Translations under genes and position numbers: made by a program
IMG/VR virus record: IMGVR_UViG_3300009506_000100
Location: 1 to 37,932 of that record
Origin: a virus
Length of the DNA: 37,932 bases
Strand: one strand, 5' to 3'
The notes under the pieces: generated by a model
Seen by the model: only the letters and a program-made list of their open reading frames with translations
Database searches by the model: none
Told to the model about the DNA's origin: nothing
Shown: positions 23,307-31,645 of the stretch, one piece after another
Layout of the letters: each line of letters starts with the position of its first letter
How positions within the stretch are numbered: position 1 is the first letter of the stretch

Positions 23307-23373
23307 GTCTGTACCTCCTTTCAACCGGCTATCCCGCAGGTAGGTTTCCCGGCTATCGTCTGATCTAGTCTCT

Positions 23374-23402
23374 AGTGTACCACAGGGGGCGGCTTCAGTC
23401 CA
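23374..23402 (-). promoter_or_regulatory. Sigma70-like promoter candidate (TGGACT-N17-TACACT on the minus strand)
   Basis: AGTGTA at 23374-23379 and AGTCCA at 23397-23402 on the + strand, with a 17-nt spacer. Shares CTGTGGTACACTA with the 27935 copy. Confidence 0.45.
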
Positions 23403-25164
23403 GCGCATTTTCGTCCCCATCAAGCAATGCATTCATGCGCTTGATCCGCTTGCGGATGTAGTTGTGCAAGTCCTCCTTTGACTCGATTGCTTTGGCTATC
23501 GTTACGTCCACTGTGCGCGTCGCAGTTAGGTCGATCCAGATGCCCGACTTGGTCTGCCCGTCGCCCCATGACCGGTCCTCGGCCTGCAACCGGTCCCTGA
23601 TCTTGTGCGTGTTGTTGTAGAACACGTTCACCTCAGCCGTGTGCATGGAGTAGCCCATACCACCAGTGGACGCGTTGCCAACCACGATGTCGATGCCACC
23701 ACGCTTAAACTCATCCACCATCGGTTGGCGCTCTTCCTCCGGGATGCCGCCATGCAACTCGCCTATACGCAGCCCCATGCGCTTCAACTGCCCAACGATG
23801 GCTTGGATTTCCGGATTGTACACTGCCCATACGAGCATTTGTTTATGCCGCGCCTCCTCGACGATCGACAACAACTCGATAATCTTGGGGTTCTTCTCCG
23901 GGGTCACAATCTCGACGGGGTCGTAGACCATTTTGATGCGCGGGTTGCCCTTGGCGTCGAATGTATGCACTTCACGCGGTTTGACAGTGTACCCACCGGC
24001 CACCTGATGCAGGCGCAGCAACATCTCCAACGTGTTTTGGATCACGCGGACGTCGTCGCCATGCGTGATGATGCCCTCCTTTTTGATCTTGTTGTAGATC
24101 GCCCGCTGCTCCTTTGTGATCTCGATATCGCGCACTGCATACCGTTTGGGTGGTAAATCATACGCGTCGGTCTTCATGACTTGGTATGTGTACGGTGCGA
24201 TAAGCTCCATAAGCTCATCGAGATTCTGATATCCGACGATCTGTGTGGGCTTGCCCGCCATCGGACCATCGCTGGGGGTGAACCCTCCCATCACGGCATA
24301 GCGGTTGCGGTAAGCGTAGTAATCGCCGATCCCGATGATGTTGGGGTCGAGGAATTCGAACTGCTGGTACAAGTTCATCGGCCCTTCCGCAGCCGGTGTG
24401 CCTGTCAGCGCAAAGCGAAACTCCGACATGCGGCCAAACTTCTCTGCAGCCTTGGACCTCGCGGCCTTGTGCGTCATGATGTAGTTTGTCTCGTCGCCTA
24501 TGATGGCAGTCGGGTGATGTGCCAACAGGAATCGCTCCACCATCGCGGGCATACCGCCAGATGACAACGACTCCCAACCCACAATCATGATCTTGAAATC
24601 ATGACGCGAGTGCAGGAACGTCTCAAATGCAAGCTGCTTGTCGGTGTCGGGCCTGTGCGCCAAGAACGGTATCGGGCAGTCATCGTTCAGAGCGTTGATC
24701 CAGTTCTTACGCAGCGTTTTCTTCGTGAGGATGAGCACCGCCTGCAGCTTGCCCTCCATGCGCAGCGCCGACACCATGTCAATCGACGTCTTGCTCTTGC
24801 CGGTCTGCATATCCATGAAGAATGCGAACGCGTGCTTGCCGTACGCCTTGTTCAGCGCTTCGATTTGGTGCTTGCGCGGCTCGCGCTTGAATGGGTACCA
24901 AGCCGGGAACGTCGATGGCTTGGCTTGTGCCTCCCCGCGCTGCTCGTGGTACTCGTCCAGCAGCTTCCTACAGTTCTCGTTTACCACGATGTCAGGGTCT
25001 TGCCCAATCAGGCGCTCGATGTACTCGACATTTGCCCGGATGAGTGGAGCTGTCCACGCACGCTTGGCTTTGGACCACCTTCTGTTTGGCAGACCACGCA
25101 CCCGATCGTTTTCCCATACGCGGCACTGGATGATAAACTGCTTGCCGTCACTTCCAATGTTCAT
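23395..25164 (-). CDS. SNF2/RAD54-family helicase (589 aa)
   Basis: Motif I DMQTGKSKT, motif II IIGDETNY, motif III ALTGTPAAEGP, C-terminal lobe GGMGYSMH and QAEDRSWGDGQ. SD AAGGAGAG. Confidence 0.85.
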   Translation of the reverse strand: MNIGSDGKQFIIQCRVWENDRVRGLPNRRWSKAKRAWTAPLIRANVEYIERLIGQDPDIVVNENCRKLLDEYHEQRGEAQAKPSTFPAWYPFKREPRKHQIEALNKAYGKHAFAFFMDMQTGKSKTSIDMVSALRMEGKLQAVLILTKKTLRKNWINALNDDCPIPFLAHRPDTDKQLAFETFLHSRHDFKIMIVGWESLSSGGMPAMVERFLLAHHPTAIIGDETNYIMTHKAARSKAAEKFGRMSEFRFALTGTPAAEGPMNLYQQFEFLDPNIIGIGDYYAYRNRYAVMGGFTPSDGPMAGKPTQIVGYQNLDELMELIAPYTYQVMKTDAYDLPPKRYAVRDIEITKEQRAIYNKIKKEGIITHGDDVRVIQNTLEMLLRLHQVAGGYTVKPREVHTFDAKGNPRIKMVYDPVEIVTPEKNPKIIELLSIVEEARHKQMLVWAVYNPEIQAIVGQLKRMGLRIGELHGGIPEEERQPMVDEFKRGGIDIVVGNASTGGMGYSMHTAEVNVFYNNTHKIRDRLQAEDRSWGDGQTKSGIWIDLTATRTVDVTIAKAIESKEDLHNYIRKRIKRMNALLDGDENALD

Positions 25165-25175
25165 CTATACTCTCC

Positions 25176-26732
25176 TTAAAGCTCGATTTCGTCAGCAAAG
25201 TCGATCTGTTCGGGTTCTGCCGCCAGCATCGCAGACGCAATCGGTATATACCACACGTTGCAGCCGCTGTCCTTGTCGATCCGCATCTTCTTATGCATAA
25301 CGCCGATGTCACGCACCGCAAACCACAGGTTGGTGCCTTTTAACTCCTCGCTGCGCGTCCGCTTCAGGTAGGCGACGAAGTCTTCACCACGGAACACAAC
25401 GCAGCGCTCACCGTCCACCACTTGTACGACCGGCTGTCCGCGCAACAACACTTTACGATCGGCTAGGATCATGCCGTCCCTAGTCAGGTCGGCTTTTGAT
25501 ACAAACTCACGCAGCTTGCTGCGGATGAGTCCACTGGTTGATGAGTCGTCCGGTGTGTCGACTATTCGTGCCGTAGCCATCATGGGGGCGAGCATGCGCT
25601 CCCATTCGTCGTTCTTGATCATGGGCACGATGCGCGTCAGCTTCTCGGCGATCAACATACGCATAAACTTCCAGTTCATCAGTGTGTTGGTGTCGATGTT
25701 TGTTAGCGTTGTGCCGTCGATCTTCATTTCCCATCGCACAGGATCGGTCGGGTACTTGACCAGATCGGCGAATGCGGGCAGCATGTCGCGGGCTGCGTTG
25801 TCGTCGGCCTCGCCCTCCGTGATCCCACACTTACGCGTCAGGCACACATCACGGTTACAGTACTGCTTTATCACTTCCTGCCCGCACCGGTACGAGTAGT
25901 CTGGATTCATCGCGCTGGCGACGGTCCGTTGTAGTTCGGCCTTGGGTAGCGGTGAAGTGAAGATGAAGTCATTCATCTGCCTCGCTGCGTCTGGCGCCGT
26001 GTTCGGGTCCAGCTTGCGGAAGTACACAGCCACGTTGTACATGGCTTCGTTCCTATGCCCCTTGTCCACGCCGTTTGCCATGATCGACTGGATGCACGGT
26101 GGTGCCTCCGGGTGATCGGCAACGAGCAGCCTGCCGAACTCAGAGTCGGTGAGGCTGACGGACTCGGCGTGCTCGATGAATTCGTCTATGGCTAGCTTCT
26201 TCCCGTTAACCACTGCGTATCGCACGGTGTTGTCGGCGTCGAAATAGGGGAGGTTGATCCAGTTGCCGTAGGACATTTCGCCGCCACGCTTGTACAACCG
26301 GCTCTGCTTGGGAAACACCTCAGCCCCGGCGTACCCAAGCTGCGCTGCCCATCGCGTAAGCAGTGCCCGAACTTTGCCAGCCTGCTCGGGCTTTTTCATG
26401 AATAAGTAACAGTGGACTCCTCCGCTCTTCGATCTGCACATCACCAACGGCATCTGCATTGCGCGTGCGTTGGACTCGATGTCTTCTATCGGCAGGTCCG
26501 CATCTTCACCGTGGTTGTCTAGGTCGATGGCAGCCCAAGTACACGTGCCGTCATCTTGGATAGGCACCCCACCACACCCACCCTTGCCGCTCAGGTGATC
26601 GGCCATCACTTCACTGGTGATAGGCTCGTGCTCAACGTGCATCCGCTCCCGCTCCGGATTCCAGCGCCCGGACGACCTCGGGTTAGAGGCGAACAGCGCC
26701 ATGAACCGCTTGATTATGTCGTTGGTCTTCAT
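25176..26732 (-). CDS. Primase-polymerase of the archaeo-eukaryotic primase (AEP) superfamily with a helical C-terminal primase domain (518 aa)
   Basis: AEP motifs AAIDLDNHG (DxD), SKSGGVHCYLF (sGGxH) and GNWINLPYF. Later GHRNEAMYNVAVYFRK resembles PriCT-type domains. No P-loop helicase domain was seen. Confidence 0.75.
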   Translation of the reverse strand: MKTNDIIKRFMALFASNPRSSGRWNPERERMHVEHEPITSEVMADHLSGKGGCGGVPIQDDGTCTWAAIDLDNHGEDADLPIEDIESNARAMQMPLVMCRSKSGGVHCYLFMKKPEQAGKVRALLTRWAAQLGYAGAEVFPKQSRLYKRGGEMSYGNWINLPYFDADNTVRYAVVNGKKLAIDEFIEHAESVSLTDSEFGRLLVADHPEAPPCIQSIMANGVDKGHRNEAMYNVAVYFRKLDPNTAPDAARQMNDFIFTSPLPKAELQRTVASAMNPDYSYRCGQEVIKQYCNRDVCLTRKCGITEGEADDNAARDMLPAFADLVKYPTDPVRWEMKIDGTTLTNIDTNTLMNWKFMRMLIAEKLTRIVPMIKNDEWERMLAPMMATARIVDTPDDSSTSGLIRSKLREFVSKADLTRDGMILADRKVLLRGQPVVQVVDGERCVVFRGEDFVAYLKRTRSEELKGTNLWFAVRDIGVMHKKMRIDKDSGCNVWYIPIASAMLAAEPEQIDFADEIEL

Positions 26733-26774
26733 ACGCCCTCAAGAAAAAGGCATCGGGAGAGGGGGGTAGCTATG

Positions 26775-26803
26775 TTCATAGCGTGACCCTCTACCGAATG
26801 CAA
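26775..26803 (-). promoter_or_regulatory. Promoter candidate (TTGCAT-N17-TATGAA on the minus strand) whose -10 lies inside the palindrome AGCTATGTTCATAGC (26768-26782)
   Basis: Read directly. Sits in the 127-bp gap upstream of the prim-pol gene. Flanks align with the 21550-21600 element (GGTATTT..CC.TTGC). Confidence 0.4.
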
Positions 26804-26859
26804 GGAAAATACCCTCCCGCCCCGGAAAGCCATATCCGGGGACTTAACACTACACCTTC

Positions 26860-27345
26860 CTAGCTGATACCCTGCTTGGCCCGTTCTCGCTCGGCCCGCC
26901 CCGACTCCATCTCACGGGCCACAGCCTCTAGCCCCTCGGCCAACTGGCGCATCACGCCCTCATCGGCCCCATCTGGTGAGGTCAGGTGCACATAGTCCAT
27001 CGGGCTAAGGCCCGACTCGATCAGCAGACCAGCCGACAACCGGCTGACCAAAGTGACCTGAGCGGAACGGACCCTTGACAACCCCTCTGGGTCATTCTTC
27101 ACCACGCCGGCCCCATCCATCCTGATGAGGTACAGGAGGGTGGCAGCGCACTCATCCGGGGGTGACAACTTGTCAGCCATCCTCCTGCCATTGGTAATGT
27201 CCATCAGCAGACTCATGAACTCTTTATCGCCCCATATATCGCAGCACACAGTGAACATACCAAACTCATCAAAAACGCTGCGTGTGGCCCACACCCGCAT
27301 GACAGTGTGCATCAAGTCACGATGCTTGTTGAGTGGTATAACCAT
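26860..27345 (-). CDS. Hypothetical protein (161 aa)
   Basis: ATG ORF with a TAATG overlap to the upstream gene. No motif recognised. Confidence 0.65.
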   Translation of the reverse strand: MVIPLNKHRDLMHTVMRVWATRSVFDEFGMFTVCCDIWGDKEFMSLLMDITNGRRMADKLSPPDECAATLLYLIRMDGAGVVKNDPEGLSRVRSAQVTLVSRLSAGLLIESGLSPMDYVHLTSPDGADEGVMRQLAEGLEAVAREMESGRAERERAKQGIS

Positions 27346-27887
27346 TACTTGCCCCCTTTCTTGAAATAACCGCGTAGCCGATTTCCCAACGTCATGCGCT
27401 TGCGCCCGTTGTCCAGATGCTCATATTTGGCCCGCAACTCGTCCTCAGTCTCACCCAACTTGCTCGCTGCAAGCGTGAAGACATCGTCCAGAGTCGTGCA
27501 GGCACGAAGTAGAACAGCGACCTCATCGCCATTGTCCCGCACCCCCTCGACTCTCATCTTCTCTCGTCTATCAACTGCCTTTTTTGTCGGCTGACGCCCG
27601 TATTTGTTGCGTGACACTGGAGCTAAGCTCACCAGATCAGCCGGTACGTTAAAGCTCGTTCTGTCCAGTGGTGCTGGCTGGTCCGGCCTGATCACGCAGT
27701 CGGCGATTCTAACGAATGTCCCCTGCTCCCATGCCGGTGGTACGCGCTCCAAGTAATACCGCTGGTCGTTGTACCACACCGAATCCCCCACTTTCAGTGA
27801 TCCCGGCTCATGCAGACGCGGGAACAGGTCTGGTCTTATGGGGTCGGGTTCCGTGCGCGGGGGTTTTGTATCCCTTTTTACGTTCAT
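27345..27887 (-). CDS. Hypothetical protein (180 aa). Its C-terminal module is shared with the 30469-31221 protein.
   Basis: The ATG at 27887 follows GAGAGGA. C-terminus NGDEVAVLL...LDDVF..AASKLGETEDELRAKYEHLDNGRKRMTLGNRLRGYF. The GTG start in the track would overlap the promoter candidate. Confidence 0.65.
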   Translation of the reverse strand: MNVKRDTKPPRTEPDPIRPDLFPRLHEPGSLKVGDSVWYNDQRYYLERVPPAWEQGTFVRIADCVIRPDQPAPLDRTSFNVPADLVSLAPVSRNKYGRQPTKKAVDRREKMRVEGVRDNGDEVAVLLRACTTLDDVFTLAASKLGETEDELRAKYEHLDNGRKRMTLGNRLRGYFKKGGK

Positions 27888-27934
27888 TTTGATCCTCTCA
27901 TGTCTATTAGCTATCTGGCGTGAGCCAGACCTGT

Positions 27935-27963
27935 AGTGTACCACAGGTCTAGCCCTGAGTCAA
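27935..27963 (-). promoter_or_regulatory. Sigma70-like promoter candidate (TTGACT-N17-TACACT on the minus strand) embedded in an 8-bp-arm inverted repeat
   Basis: AGTGTA at 27935-27940 and AGTCAA at 27958-27963, with a 17-nt spacer. The flanking AGACCTGT ... ACAGGTCT arms bracket the -10. Confidence 0.5.
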
Positions 27964-27969
27964 ACCACG

Positions 27970-28137
27970 TTAGTGCAGCGCTTTCCAGTTGACAAGCTGC
28001 CCGCGTACCCGAAACGCCATCGGTTTCAGTAGGTTAAGCCTGTCAAATTCCTTCACATACTCGACCACGTCGGTCGCATATGACTTCACTGGAATGAGCA
28101 GCTTCGGCTTGCTCGTCTTGGTTTTGTATTTCTTCAT
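27970..28137 (-). CDS. Hypothetical small basic protein (55 aa)
   Basis: The ATG at 28137 follows AAGGAGG and overlaps the upstream stop (ATGA). Confidence 0.5.
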   Translation of the reverse strand: MKKYKTKTSKPKLLIPVKSYATDVVEYVKEFDRLNLLKPMAFRVRGQLVNWKALH

Positions 28138-28448
28138 CCTAGCTTTACCTCCTTCAGCCGTTGTACCGCCAACAACACCCGCATGCCACCCCACGTGTTA
28201 AGTTGTTGGATAACCGTCACTTCGTCGTCGCCATTGAGCATCGTGTGGGAGTGCATCACGTACCAAAAATCAACCTTTTCACCACACTCAACACTCGTCG
28301 CTGCCCCGATAGCCTGCGCTAGTTGCATTTCAGGCTCAGCATGCCTCGGTACCTTTAACAACAACTCGTCGACGTCTACTTCAATTTGGAGATTCGACCA
28401 CGAGTAGTCTTTAGAATCCCACATACAGACTTCATAGATACCGATCAT
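28134..28448 (-). CDS. Hypothetical protein (104 aa)
   Basis: ATGA-coupled member of the early operon. No motif recognised. Confidence 0.6.
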   Translation of the reverse strand: MIGIYEVCMWDSKDYSWSNLQIEVDVDELLLKVPRHAEPEMQLAQAIGAATSVECGEKVDFWYVMHSHTMLNGDDEVTVIQQLNTWGGMRVLLAVQRLKEVKLG

Positions 28449-28657
28449 TGTGAAGTCCTCCCAATGGTGCGTGCCTCCTCATTTGCCGCCTGCACAATCG
28501 GCGCGAGTGCTTCGATGTCGGCGTGCGACTCGACCTCAATGACGAGTAGGATGGTGTTGTCACCTGCAGCCATCTGTGTGAACGCATGACCCGCTTGATC
28601 GAGGTGTTTTTTGAACACGGGCAGCTTGTAGTCATCAATAATAATTCCTGTTTTCAT
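28445..28657 (-). CDS. Hypothetical protein (70 aa)
   Basis: ATGA-coupled on both sides within the early operon. Confidence 0.6.
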   Translation of the reverse strand: MKTGIIIDDYKLPVFKKHLDQAGHAFTQMAAGDNTILLVIEVESHADIEALAPIVQAANEEARTIGRTSQ

Positions 28658-28887
28658 TTCTTCACGCTCCTGTAAGTGATGTTAAACAACGGTCTGATGC
28701 GCCCAACGAACGACAAGCCTCGGACCCCACACCTCCCGCCACGGGCGCGCATGTCGCGAGTGGGGAGCGCAAAAAGTGAGCAGTGGTCGTGCCCGATAGA
28801 ACCATCATTAATGGATATGCCAATCTTACAATTCACGCAGGCTATGCACGGCCTAACGTCTCGATGAATGGCTACTACTTTTGTCAT
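28654..28887 (-). CDS. Hypothetical Cys-rich protein (77 aa)
   Basis: The ATG follows GAGGAGG. Contains a CIACVNC cluster plus further Cys and His residues. Confidence 0.55.
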   Translation of the reverse strand: MTKVVAIHRDVRPCIACVNCKIGISINDGSIGHDHCSLFALPTRDMRARGGRCGVRGLSFVGRIRPLFNITYRSVKK

Positions 28888-28922
28888 AATGCCTCCTCAA
28901 AATGGTATCGAGTCGATACGGC

Positions 28923-29372
28923 CTAGCGCATGCCGGGAAAGTTGACCTGATTCAGCAGGTCGAGTGCCTCCTGTGCATCGTTCAGCACATCGGACATATC
29001 GTCGGCGTCATCGTGGTCGACGAAGTCCTCAGGCAGGTCGGCTGGCGCGTACTCAAGAGCAGCGGTCGCCTGCTCCAGCCGTTTTGCGCGGCTGATCCTG
29101 CGCAGCGCCGATGGGGATAGCACCGGCATCTCGTAGGAAAACTCGTACTGATGAATCGTGTCATCGCCGTTCTGCGCGTCCTCCAGTTTGCTAATGCCTT
29201 CCTCCAGCATGTCGATGGCTTCCTGAATCTCGTCGGCCTTGCTGCCGCTCTGCAGGTTCTCGGGCAGGCTGTCCTTCCAGTTTTCAAGCTCGTCTCGAAG
29301 TTCCTCGGCGACGCTAAGCGCCTCCTCGATTGCGCCGAGTACGGTGGTGATCATGGGTTGGGTCTTTTTCAT
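28923..29372 (-). CDS. Hypothetical acidic helical protein (149 aa)
   Basis: The ATG at 29372 follows AGGAGAA, inside an 18-nt leader that is duplicated at 29606-29623. Very Asp/Glu-rich. Confidence 0.6.
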   Translation of the reverse strand: MKKTQPMITTVLGAIEEALSVAEELRDELENWKDSLPENLQSGSKADEIQEAIDMLEEGISKLEDAQNGDDTIHQYEFSYEMPVLSPSALRRISRAKRLEQATAALEYAPADLPEDFVDHDDADDMSDVLNDAQEALDLLNQVNFPGMR

Positions 29373-29406
29373 TTCAATTCTCCTATGTGTGATGATCCAC
29401 TTAAAA

Positions 29407-29601
29407 CTACCTGACTTCCATATCGCTAACCGCAACTGCCCCGCAGTCCTCTAATTCATCGAGTAATGCCCGCGCTTCTGCTTCCGTGGCCGGGTGGAGT
29501 TCGACGAAGACCTCGGGGGCATCGTTGTCGTAAATCACTACGTCGAAAGTTTCGCTGCCGTCAGTGAGCTTATTGATACGTACGTATGCGCTGGTGTCCA
29601 T
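29407..29601 (-). CDS. Hypothetical protein (64 aa)
   Basis: The ATG at 29601 is preceded by the same 18-nt leader (CATCACACATAGGAGAAT on the minus strand) as the next gene. Confidence 0.55.
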   Translation of the reverse strand: MDTSAYVRINKLTDGSETFDVVIYDNDAPEVFVELHPATEAEARALLDELEDCGAVAVSDMEVR

Positions 29602-29629
29602 GGTGATTCTCCTATGTGTGATGGTTGGG

Positions 29630-29707
29630 TTACTTGCGGCGCGGCTTCCATACACTCCACGCGATGAGTGCGACGCCAGCAACAGGGATTGCAAGTAGCA
29701 GTAACAT
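29630..29707 (-). CDS. Possible 25-aa single-TM peptide
   Basis: AAGGAGAATCGAAATG context. Hand translation gives MLLLLAIPVAGVALIAWSVWKPRRK. Confidence 0.3.
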   Translation of the reverse strand: MLLLLAIPVAGVALIAWSVWKPRRK

Positions 29708-29718
29708 TTCGATTCTCC

Positions 29719-30402
29719 TTAAGCCTTGCCCTTGCCCCAAGGCAGGGACCAGCTTTTTGCGCAGACCGGACCGTAGCCACGACGCTTGGACTCGTCGTCC
29801 GACAGGCGGATTCCGCAGTACATGCACGCGCCGAGTTCATTGGCCATGGCCTTTGCTACGCCCATAGGGTCGGTGGCCAGAAGCTCGATCACCTCCACGA
29901 CATCGGGGGTGACGCGATCGCTCGCGTACGGGTAGATATGGTTCTCGGTCATCGTGCCAGCGAACTTGCGGTAGCCGTGACCAGCCCAGCCGTCCACATG
30001 GATCACGACTTCCTTGGGCTTTTCGACGTTGAAGGTCAGCTGTACAAAGCGCTTGCCCTTCGACATCAGGCGCACCTTGGGACGCTTAAGCCCGCCCTGC
30101 GACTGAGCCATCATGAACATGACCATGATAGCCTTAAACGAGCCGTCGATGGTGCGCTGCCCAGCCACACGATCATAAAGCTTACCAACCCACTCCCACT
30201 GACGCCCGGACAGCGCGTGGGAGTTGACAAACTGACGATACAGGTCCGCAGCAAAGCTGCGGTCACGCTCGTTGAGCTTGTCCTCGGCTGCGTGCAGGTT
30301 GATCAGCGTTTCGATGTTGTTGCGGAAATCGGCCACAACAGTCTCAATGTCAATCTCGCTCTCGACTTCGCTGGGGGTGGTGGTTTCGCAGGCTTCACAC
30401 AT
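29719..30402 (-). CDS. Hypothetical protein (227 aa) with a C-terminal Cys motif resembling DUF6011
   Basis: C-terminus ACMYCGIRLSDDESKRRGYGPVCAKSWSLPWG matches the C..CgR.Ltd..S...GyGP.C pattern I recall for DUF6011. SD AAGGAG. Confidence 0.65.
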   Translation of the reverse strand: MCEACETTTPSEVESEIDIETVVADFRNNIETLINLHAAEDKLNERDRSFAADLYRQFVNSHALSGRQWEWVGKLYDRVAGQRTIDGSFKAIMVMFMMAQSQGGLKRPKVRLMSKGKRFVQLTFNVEKPKEVVIHVDGWAGHGYRKFAGTMTENHIYPYASDRVTPDVVEVIELLATDPMGVAKAMANELGACMYCGIRLSDDESKRRGYGPVCAKSWSLPWGKGKA

Positions 30403-30439
30403 GTCGTACTCCTTGGTCTATGGTCTATTGAGGTGAACC

Positions 30440-30460
30440 GCCACCCCGCTGGGGGGTGGC
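30440..30460 (-). other. GC-rich hairpin between two early genes (8-bp stem GCCACCCC/GGGGTGGC)
   Basis: Read directly. No U-run follows on the transcribed strand, so it is not a canonical intrinsic terminator. Confidence 0.35.
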
Positions 30461-30468
30461 ATCGCTGG

Positions 30469-31221
30469 TTACTTGGCCAGCAGGACAGCCCGCATGCGGT
30501 TGCCCAGATTCATACGCTGCATGCCGGGGTTCAGGTGAGCGTACTTTTCCTTGAGGCTCTTTTGGGTTTCGCCCAGCACCTCGGCGGCATCCTTGTAAAC
30601 GTCGTCGAGCGACAGACCCATCAGGCGCTGCGCGACGGCATCGCCATTGGTCACGCTGGGGTGCCCGCCTGCGGTCTTGACCTCGGTGTTGCGCTGGTAG
30701 TGCTGCGCGGCCTCACGGAGGGCATCGGTGGACTTTCCGTGGACTTCCTTGGCCTTGGCAGCTGCCTTAGTAGCTGCGGGCTTTTTCGCGGCCTTCTTCG
30801 TGGCTTCCTTGGCCTTGGCCGCTGCCTTGGCGGGCTTGGCTTCAGCAGCCTTGCGCGGAGCACGGGTCTTTTTGGTCACGGTGGTGTCAGTTGTGGTTGC
30901 TTGGGTGTTCATGGCTTTGATCCTTTCGATCAGGTTATCAGGGAGGATTTTACGGACATTTTCGGCACCGACTGCTTCCACGTAGGCTGCAGCGCCCGCC
31001 TCGGTGATGGTGATGCAGGCTTCATCGTCGCCAGTGCCATCGGCGATCAGGAAGCCTTTTTTGCTCAGGCTGGAGACAACACCACCAGCGCTGCGCTTAT
31101 TCGGGAACCCGGCGTGATCCATTATGCTCCACGCCCAGATCGGGTCGCATAGGTACTCACAATACTCCGACTCATCAGCGGCACGGAGGACTTTCAACTC
31201 GTTTGCGGTCAGCTTGGTCAT
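30469..31221 (-). CDS. Putative DNA-binding protein (250 aa): winged-helix-like N-terminus, a histone-H1-like Ala/Lys/Pro-rich linker, and the shared C-terminal module
   Basis: VVSSLSKKGFLIADG resembles a wHTH recognition region. The linker reads KKTRAPRKAAEAKPAKAAAKAKEATKKAAKKPAATKAAAKAKE. The C-terminus LGETQKSLKEKYAHLNPGMQRMNLGNRMR is paralogous to the 27345-27887 product. Confidence 0.65.
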   Translation of the reverse strand: MTKLTANELKVLRAADESEYCEYLCDPIWAWSIMDHAGFPNKRSAGGVVSSLSKKGFLIADGTGDDEACITITEAGAAAYVEAVGAENVRKILPDNLIERIKAMNTQATTTDTTVTKKTRAPRKAAEAKPAKAAAKAKEATKKAAKKPAATKAAAKAKEVHGKSTDALREAAQHYQRNTEVKTAGGHPSVTNGDAVAQRLMGLSLDDVYKDAAEVLGETQKSLKEKYAHLNPGMQRMNLGNRMRAVLLAK

Positions 31222-31303
31222 GGTGTTACTCCTTCTATTGTCTCTAAGTTAGGGGTACGTCGTCGCGCTACATGTTTATTGGAACACAGACGGGGGGTGC
31301 CTG

Positions 31304-31645
31304 TCAACCCCCTTCGACCGGCAACTCCGAAAGGAACTTCTCGGCGGCGCGGATGTCGTGCTCCAGACCAGCCAGAACACCGAACAGATAAGCCCGCTGC
31401 ACTGGCGGGCGCGAAACCATCCGGGCGACTTCATCAGCATTGTAGCTGTTGAACGTGCCGTACGCGACGATCGCACCCGACTTGGCAAGACCCTTATCGA
31501 CGGCTAGACGCACGCGGCGATCGGTGTCGAGCTTTTTGGCGCACAACCCGTTCGGATTGAAGTAGTGGAAGCGAACGATGTCGCGGATGGACCACGAGCG
31601 CGAAGGCTTGGTTGCGGTCTTGGTCACGAAGTCGAAGGTGGGCAT
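31304..31645 (-). CDS. Hypothetical protein (113 aa)
   Basis: The ATG is preceded by the conserved 21-nt leader with AGGAGA. First gene downstream of early promoter copy A. Confidence 0.6.
   Translation of the reverse strand: MPTFDFVTKTATKPSRSWSIRDIVRFHYFNPNGLCAKKLDTDRRVRLAVDKGLAKSGAIVAYGTFNSYNADEVARMVSRPPVQRAYLFGVLAGLEHDIRAAEKFLSELPVEGG

Noticed and set aside
24601-25300. 192-aa and 220-aa + strand ORFs
   Set aside because: They are antisense to the SNF2 helicase gene and the end of the prim-pol gene, so they are spurious frames in GC-rich coding DNA.
29668-31152. 494-aa + strand ORF, the longest unexplained ORF in the track
   Set aside because: It runs antisense to three well-supported minus-strand genes that have SD sequences and recognisable motifs. 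Its own sequence is low-complexity and rich in Gly, Leu, Val, Arg and His, as expected from the antisense of GC-rich coding DNA. It has no SD.
31222-31303. TTGACA hexamer overlapping the stop of the 113-aa gene, as a promoter for the histone-like gene
   Set aside because: I could not find a credible -10 hexamer 16-19 nt downstream. The best candidates are TCCAAT and AATAAA, both at the wrong spacing.
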